64,000 bases of DNA from Candidatus Latescibacterota bacterium (GTDB lineage Bacteria > Latescibacterota > UBA2968 > GCA-2709665), in NCBI GenBank assembly GCA_965116875.1, contig OZ220733.1, positions 3,680,001 to 3,744,000 of the forward strand, given 5' to 3'. This document shows positions 58,287-64,000 of this stretch, one piece after another. The number at the start of each line of letters is the position of its first letter. Within the stretch, counting starts at the first letter, position 1. Position numbers and translations under genes: made by a program. The notes below the pieces were generated by a model. It had not been told where the DNA came from and did not search any database. It was given only the letters and a program-made list of their open reading frames with translations.

Positions 58287-59651
58287 ATGAAGAACCTGCT
58301 CAAATTGCAATCCGGCCTGCTTCTGTGCGTCTTCTCCACCGGTTGCGCCACCTACACCCACAACGCCGTCACGTTCAGAAGCAGCCTCGCCGGCGGGCAC
58401 TACGAAACGGCGTTGCAGACCCTTGGTGAGGCCCGGAAAGGCCCCGCCCGCCTGCTCTACCTCATGGAGAACGGTCTTATTGCGCACTACAGAGGCGAAT
58501 ATCACGCCTCCAACCGTTTTTTCGAGACCGCCGAACGGCTCTCGGACCGGCTCTTTACGAGGTCATTATCCCGCGAGGCGGCTTCGCTGATCACGAACGA
58601 ACAGGTACGGGCGTATCGAGGCGAGGAGTTCGAACTCGCGTTCATCAACTATTACCGGGCGCTGAACTACTGGTATCTGGACGAACCGGAAGAGGCCCTG
58701 GTGGAGTGCCGCAAGGCCAACCTGAAACTGGACCGATACGCCGCCCGGGCCGATTACGACGCCACATACAGGAACGACGCCTTTATTCACTATATAACCG
58801 GTCTGATCTACGAAGCGACCGGCGAACTCAACGACGCATACGTGTCGTATCGGAACGCACTGGATGCATATGAGACCTATCGCGAAGCCTTCGGCCTCGA
58901 GGCGCCCGATGCCCTCAGAAAAGACCTCGGGCGCGTCGAGCAGGCCCTCGACTTTGTCGATTCGCCCGGGAAGGCAGTCGTCAACCGCGGTCGGCGCCCA
59001 GCCGGGGGCGGCGAGCTCATCGTCTTCTCGGAAATCGGTTTCGTGCCACACAAGGTGGAGGAGGAAATCAGCCTGCCGATCTACGAGGGCGATGACTTCA
59101 ACGGTAAGAAGGACCGCCTGGAACGTGCCTCCCGAAAAATCGCGTACCGGCATTTCAAACCGCACTATGCGGGTGAATCGAAAGTCAAACACTGGTTGCG
59201 CGTGGTTCTGCCCGCGTATGAGGACGTCGCGCCGCGCACACAGACCGTACGGGTCACCGTAGCCGGACGTCAGACCACCACCACTTTGGCTGAAGACCTG
59301 TCGGCTATCGCGTGGCAGACGTTTCAGGACAAACAGCCGGCGATCCTCGCGCGAACGGTCGCACGGGGGCTGATTAAATATTCGGTTTCGGTCAAGGCGA
59401 AAGAGAAGAGCAGAGTCCTCGGCTTCATCGTCAATCTGTTCTCTGCCGCAATAGAGGCGGCCGATACCCGGAGCTGGGTCTCGCTGCCGCACAACGTGCA
59501 GATCGGCAGGCTCACACTCCCCGCCGGCACACACACCCTTACGCTGGAATCCCTCGACAGCCGGGGGCGCGTCATCGAAACCGGAACCATTTCGGATGTA
59601 CGTATCCGACCTGGGACCCGGACCTTCGTGAACCACCGGACGTACAAATAG
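58287..59651 (+). CDS. COG3014-like TPR lipoprotein
   Basis: Lipobox STGC; YRGEEFE, ALVECRKAN, ADTRSWVSLP; GGAGG RBS. Confidence 0.8.
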   Translation: MKNLLKLQSGLLLCVFSTGCATYTHNAVTFRSSLAGGHYETALQTLGEARKGPARLLYLMENGLIAHYRGEYHASNRFFETAERLSDRLFTRSLSREAASLITNEQVRAYRGEEFELAFINYYRALNYWYLDEPEEALVECRKANLKLDRYAARADYDATYRNDAFIHYITGLIYEATGELNDAYVSYRNALDAYETYREAFGLEAPDALRKDLGRVEQALDFVDSPGKAVVNRGRRPAGGGELIVFSEIGFVPHKVEEEISLPIYEGDDFNGKKDRLERASRKIAYRHFKPHYAGESKVKHWLRVVLPAYEDVAPRTQTVRVTVAGRQTTTTLAEDLSAIAWQTFQDKQPAILARTVARGLIKYSVSVKAKEKSRVLGFIVNLFSAAIEAADTRSWVSLPHNVQIGRLTLPAGTHTLTLESLDSRGRVIETGTISDVRIRPGTRTFVNHRTYK

Positions 59652-59677
59652 CCACCGCAACCGAAAGGAGGAACACC

Positions 59678-60478
59678 ATGAAGCAACAGATCGGGATCTG
59701 CCTGGCCCTGGCCCTTGCGGGGTGGAGCCAGACGGGATGGGCCGCCGACGTACCGACGCGTGGCGCCGTTGTCAACATCGTGACCTGGGACGGAAAGAAC
59801 CTTCCGCCCGTCTACGAACGCTCCGACCAGCTGCCCCTCACCCTGGAAGACGTTGTCAATCTCAGCCGGAACGATTTTGATGACGAGGCGATCCGCCGGA
59901 TGGTGCAGGAACGCCGGTTTGCCGGAGACGCGTCAGCCGCCGCACTGATCGATCTCAAGAAGGCCGGTGTCTCGCAGAAGGTCATTCAGGCGATCTCGCT
60001 GCATGCGCTACCTCCCAACCGGGCGCTGACCCTCTCCATCCAGCTTGAATTCTCAGGCCAGTCGCGGGAGGCTCGCAGACGATATCTGTACGTCATCATT
60101 CCGGACGGACCGGCCGAACGCATCTTCACGGCGGACCTGGGCGCTGTACTGGCGGGGAGCTGGCGCAGGGACGAGCGCGTGGATCTCACCGATCCCCTCC
60201 TCCCGAAGCAGGTGCGCCGCATCACGTTCTCCGACCGCGTGCCGTTGAAGACGTACGGTGCAAAGACAATGCAGGTCTTCACTTCGACCAGACCGGATAT
60301 CTTCCAGTCATCCGACGTCCCCGAAGCCGACCGGGCCGGCATCCGGGAGATCTCATTCGATTATCCGGTGAGTTCGACCATGCAGGACTGCCGCCTGCAG
60401 GTGCGTTATCGCCGTGACGTCCTGCTGCCCTACAAGTGGCACATGGCGGGCGCACACTTCCAGTGCGAATGGAATTGA
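59678..60478 (+). CDS. Secreted hypothetical protein
   Basis: Signal peptide; helical LTLEDVVNL...LIDLKKAGVSQKVI segment; AGGAGG RBS. Confidence 0.8.
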   Translation: MKQQIGICLALALAGWSQTGWAADVPTRGAVVNIVTWDGKNLPPVYERSDQLPLTLEDVVNLSRNDFDDEAIRRMVQERRFAGDASAAALIDLKKAGVSQKVIQAISLHALPPNRALTLSIQLEFSGQSREARRRYLYVIIPDGPAERIFTADLGAVLAGSWRRDERVDLTDPLLPKQVRRITFSDRVPLKTYGAKTMQVFTSTRPDIFQSSDVPEADRAGIREISFDYPVSSTMQDCRLQVRYRRDVLLPYKWHMAGAHFQCEWN

Positions 60479-60554
60479 ACCACACGCCGCCTGTCCTTGA
60501 GCAACGGCATCGCCAGGTCGCCTTACGAACCATCTTACCAGGAGGAGAATCGCC

Positions 60555-61151
60555 ATGAGACCAGGAATCTGCATCACACTCGCCGTCGTCCTCGCGTTCG
60601 CCGCCGGCTGCGCGGGACCCAGAGCCTTCACAAAGGGCTCGTACGAAGACCCCGGCACGATTGCGTTGCTGGATGACCGGTTCAGTGAAAACGACATGCA
60701 ACTCATCGCGAAGAAAATGATCCAGTCCATGGCCGGCAGCAACATCGCCGGAAGCAACGGCGTTCCGGTTGTGATGATTGGAAAAATGCGCAACCGTACA
60801 GCGGAACATATCGATATGACGATGCTTTCCAACAAGGTCCGAACCCAACTCCTCCAGAGCGGCACGTTTCGCTTTGCGGACGTGGTGAACCGCCGGGACA
60901 TCGCCGAGGAGTACGAGTACCAGCAGTCCGGATACGTGAACCCGGAGCAGGCCAAGGGTCCGGGCAGCCAGACGGGCGCGGAGTATCTGCTGACCGGCAC
61001 CCTCACGGCAAACGTGCAGCAGGTCGGAAAGAACAAACTGATCTACTACAAGGCGACCTTCCAGTTGACCAATCTGCTCACGTCGGAAATCGCCTGGACG
61101 GACGAGAAGGAGATCCGGAAAGCTTACAAAAAGCGCCATATCGGAATCTGA
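60555..61151 (+). CDS. lpoB: Penicillin-binding protein activator LpoB family lipoprotein
   Basis: Lipobox AAGC; NRTAEHID, GAEYLLTG, YKATFQLTNL, WTDEKEIRK. Confidence 0.82.
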   Translation: MRPGICITLAVVLAFAAGCAGPRAFTKGSYEDPGTIALLDDRFSENDMQLIAKKMIQSMAGSNIAGSNGVPVVMIGKMRNRTAEHIDMTMLSNKVRTQLLQSGTFRFADVVNRRDIAEEYEYQQSGYVNPEQAKGPGSQTGAEYLLTGTLTANVQQVGKNKLIYYKATFQLTNLLTSEIAWTDEKEIRKAYKKRHIGI

Positions 61152-61202
61152 TCCGAAGGCGGACCGCATCGTACCCCAGTCAAATACAAGAGGAGATTCG
61201 CC

Positions 61203-61757
61203 ATGAAAACCGCAAGCCTCACCCTGATCTTCACCATCTGCGGCGCGCTGGCCTGCCTGCCGCTGAACGCCGGAGAGCCTGGCCGGACCGACGGTCCCGA
61301 GGGTAGCGAACTGGGCCGCGGCGGTTACCCGTTCGGCGGTCCGGAAGGCCGATTCTACGTCAGCCCCGCATTTGGCTCCGGGATATTCGACAGGAACCCG
61401 GACGGGAACCGCACCGGACTTCTATACGGACTGAATCTGGGTTACGAGAGGGACGGCTGGCTGGCGATCGAAGGCGGCTATGCGTATCTTTCAGACGAAA
61501 AGCTGTCCATTTACAGCCTGGGTTCACGCCTGGACTACAACGCCGATCCGTTCGTATACTATTTCTCCACACAGGCGGGACTCTACAGGCCCGAGGATGG
61601 CGAAAGCAACTTCGGCCTTGCGCCCGGCGCGGGCATCGACATCATTATCAATGACCGGATACGCCTGGGCCTGAACTACAAACGGGACTTTATCTTCTCC
61701 GACGGCAATACGACGGAAATCGATCGCCTCTTCGCCGGTCTGAAAGTCTACTTCTGA
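61203..61757 (+). CDS. Outer-membrane beta-barrel protein
   Basis: Signal peptide, beta strands, C-terminal AGLKVYF (BAM signal). Confidence 0.8.
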   Translation: MKTASLTLIFTICGALACLPLNAGEPGRTDGPEGSELGRGGYPFGGPEGRFYVSPAFGSGIFDRNPDGNRTGLLYGLNLGYERDGWLAIEGGYAYLSDEKLSIYSLGSRLDYNADPFVYYFSTQAGLYRPEDGESNFGLAPGAGIDIIINDRIRLGLNYKRDFIFSDGNTTEIDRLFAGLKVYF

Positions 61758-61786
61758 GCAACTGTTTTGAGCGGCAAAACAGACAA

Positions 61787-61820
61787 ACGGGCTGCCCGGC
61801 TTCTTCACCGGCGGCCCGTT
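61787..61820. terminator. Hairpin ending the lipoprotein operon
   Basis: AACGGGCTGCC...GGCGGCCCGTT. Confidence 0.45.
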
Positions 61821-61927
61821 GCGCATGGTGCGTTTGCATTGCCCCGCGTCGACCGATTGGTTACCTTTGGACGGCTCCCGGGCAGGGTGTCGGGGAAGGC
61901 TGCGCTCGACTATTGGGGCTACAATAA

Positions 61928-63160
61928 ATGATCATTCGAGATCCGATCCACGGCGACGTCCGGTTTGGCGAAGTGGAGCGCCGGCTGGTGGATACCCGCC
62001 AGTTCCAGCGGCTGCGGGGCATCCGGCAGACGGGCACGGCCCATCTCGTTTACCCGGGGTGTACGCATACCCGCTTCGAACACTCCCTGGGCACCGCCGC
62101 AATGGCGAGGCACATCGTCGGCGTCCTCAGAGACTCCGGGACCGTCGTGAGTCCCGATCAGGAAACGACGGTGGTTCTGGCGGCACTCGTCCACGACGTA
62201 TCTCATCTCCCGTTCGGTCACACCTTCGAAGATGAACGCAAGCTGTTTCCGCGCCACGATTCGGCGGAACGGATGCGACGCGCGCTCTCGCAGGACCAGT
62301 TGGCGGGCGCACTCGACGCATCCGGTCAGAGAGAGCAGGTGGTCGCCCTCCTGACCGAGCGCGGTTTCGATCCGCCCTGGATGCGGCAGATCGTGAGCAG
62401 CACGGTCGACGCGGACCTGCTCGACTACCTCCGCCGTGACGCCTATTTCGCGGGCCTGAAGCACGATTACGACGACCGGATTCTGAGTACCTTCGTCGTT
62501 GCGGACAACAAGCTCGCGATCAACCTCGAAAAACTCAGCACCCGGACAGAACTGCTTCATCTGCTCCGCCTGCGATATTTCCTCACCGAACGCGTCTATT
62601 ATCACCATGCGAAAGTCGCGTCCGGCGCCATGATTGCCAAGGCCGTGGAACTGGCCGTGGAACTGGGCCTTCGCGAGGAGGACATTCTGAGTCTTACCGA
62701 CGGCGCGCTTCTCCGGTCTCTCGTTGCTCGAAAGGACGAGCGTATCGAACGCCTGGTTCGGGGGGTGGTCTACCGCAGTCTGCTGAAGCGGGCGTACGTG
62801 CTGTCCACCGGAGAAATCGGCAGGCGCGCCAGGGATGAGTTAATCGCCTCGTACACCAGATCCGTCGAATCCAGACAGCGGGTGGAACGCGAAATCGCAG
62901 ACGCTATCGTCGTCGAGCCGGATCAGGTCATCCTGTACTGCCCGGATATTTCCTCCATCAAGGAAGCCAGGGTCTTCACGAAAACGAAGACCGGCGTACA
63001 ACGGCTCAACGAGCCCCTCGACAGCCCGCCGTTCGACGTCAAGGCGGTGGAGGACCAGTACGAACGGCTATGGAAACTGTACGTCTTTGTTCCCGACGGC
63101 TACCAGGAACGCGCCGGCAAGATCTGTGAACGCCTTTTCGGAGAGAAGAACGCACTTTAA
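61928..63160 (+). CDS. HD-domain phosphohydrolase (dNTP triphosphohydrolase-like)
   Basis: IRDPIHG, FQRLRGIRQ, HTRFEHSLG, VHDVSHLPFGH, DADLLDYLRRD, VYYHH. Confidence 0.9.
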   Translation: MIIRDPIHGDVRFGEVERRLVDTRQFQRLRGIRQTGTAHLVYPGCTHTRFEHSLGTAAMARHIVGVLRDSGTVVSPDQETTVVLAALVHDVSHLPFGHTFEDERKLFPRHDSAERMRRALSQDQLAGALDASGQREQVVALLTERGFDPPWMRQIVSSTVDADLLDYLRRDAYFAGLKHDYDDRILSTFVVADNKLAINLEKLSTRTELLHLLRLRYFLTERVYYHHAKVASGAMIAKAVELAVELGLREEDILSLTDGALLRSLVARKDERIERLVRGVVYRSLLKRAYVLSTGEIGRRARDELIASYTRSVESRQRVEREIADAIVVEPDQVILYCPDISSIKEARVFTKTKTGVQRLNEPLDSPPFDVKAVEDQYERLWKLYVFVPDGYQERAGKICERLFGEKNAL

Positions 63161-63184
63161 CGCCCATTTTCCGGCATCGAAGCC

Positions 63185-63709
63185 TCATCCTCGATCCCGC
63201 CGCTGGCCGGGATGTCTCACGTCGCGGAAGAGCGGAAGTTCGTCCGCCGTCCTGTCTTCCATCCGTTTGTGGCACGGCCGGCAGACGGAGATCAGATTGT
63301 CGGGACGGTTTGCCGCCGCTGCCGATGCGAACAGCCGGACCGGTATCTTGTGATGCACGTCCAGTTGCCGTCCAAGCTTTTCCTCTGTGACTCCGCAATT
63401 CCGACAGCGGAATCCGTCCCGTTCTCTCGCCAGCGCGGCCTGCACCTTCCAGTTCCCGCCCCTGAATTGTGGGCGGCCGCTCAATACCAGCCGCTTTCCG
63501 GCGTCCGGAAGGACGGTTGCCCACGCCTCGAGGCAGGCCTTGCCGCAGAAGTGGAGCCTCACCTTTCGACGCATCATCCACCGGGGGACCTGAACCGGGA
63601 TGCCGCAGCGTTCGCACCGGACCGGGATCGCCGGCTCATCCGATCCCTGCCGTGTATCGGAAAAACGCAGTTGCAGCTGATTCAGACAAACGGGGAGACT
63701 GCGTCCCAT
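63185..63709 (-). CDS. HNH endonuclease with N-terminal zinc finger
   Basis: CERCG...FCGKAC; RDGFRCRNCG, DVHHKIP, NLISVCRPCH. Confidence 0.88.
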   Translation of the reverse strand: MGRSLPVCLNQLQLRFSDTRQGSDEPAIPVRCERCGIPVQVPRWMMRRKVRLHFCGKACLEAWATVLPDAGKRLVLSGRPQFRGGNWKVQAALARERDGFRCRNCGVTEEKLGRQLDVHHKIPVRLFASAAAANRPDNLISVCRPCHKRMEDRTADELPLFRDVRHPGQRRDRG

Positions 63710-63783
63710 ACGTACCGACCCCCGCATAATCCAGGACTGTTCGATACCCATACCGACAACCGCACCGGCATCCAAAAACGAGA

Positions 63784-63823
63784 ATAACACATTGACTATA
63801 AGCGTGTTATGGAAGAAAGTCAA
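63784..63823 (-). promoter_or_regulatory. Sigma70 promoter of the HNH gene with an overlapping inverted repeat
   Basis: Minus strand TTGACT-17-TATAGT; ATAACAC-N13-GTGTTAT flanks the -10 box. Confidence 0.6.
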
Positions 63824-64000
63824 ATTGGGACTCCATGCTGGCCCGCTTAACGCTCAATCCAGATCACAAGGGTTAGATCCGCCATGGCACAGGTAACGTC
63901 GACGGACCGGCCGCGGGCTTCTGGCATCCATTGGGGCGTTCCGAGGGGAAGCCGGCGTCTCATTCACACCAGCGATATGGGTTCGCATTTCGGGACCGGT

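Noticed and set aside
63185-63709. IscB/HEARO-type RNA-guided nuclease
   Set aside because: Only about 175 aa; no PLMP or RuvC motifs; no recognisable long structured RNA adjacent
1-64000. CRISPR array, cas genes, reverse transcriptase/retron/DGR, phage structural genes
   Set aside because: No regularly spaced repeat-spacer array and no RT (YxDD), Cas or virion motifs in any ORF I could read
63840-64000. Possible gene at the right edge
   Set aside because: Too little sequence; no frame gives a recognisable protein

Overview
High-GC bacterial chromosomal window. An EF-hand/dockerin-like 'DFDEDGEVGFSDFLIFA' secreted protein and the overall gene content suggest an FCB-group lineage such as Latescibacterota or Gemmatimonadota (inference). 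Both flanks (about 1-17 kb and 38-64 kb) are mostly housekeeping and metabolic genes: nth, a dksA-like gene, dusB, larB, a GT2/radical-SAM/GT2 cluster, tRNA-Glu, tRNA-Val, rnhA, RNase P RNA, pyrF, ABC-F, mdh, a D-amino-acid-type catabolic cluster and a COG3014/LpoB lipoprotein operon. The middle (about 17.9-38.1 kb) is a patchwork accessory region. It holds two toxin-antitoxin pairs, small singleton genes, several REP/MITE-like repeat families and gene remnants. It also holds an ECF sigma factor fused to an uncharacterised domain next to a free-standing copy of that domain, and a lower-GC block of three ABC exporters ending at tRNA-Glu, one of them split by an intact IS5 with a GTAA target duplication. 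I found no CRISPR array, reverse transcriptase, integrase or phage structural gene. The best candidates for undescribed biology are the ECF/stand-alone-domain pair with an internal start site, an unannotated 42-aa gene with its own promoter and terminator, a small LGYL-tailed protein paired with a sulfotransferase, a sigma54-controlled lipoprotein operon and a three-copy MITE-like element. All functional calls come from motif recognition by eye, not database searches.
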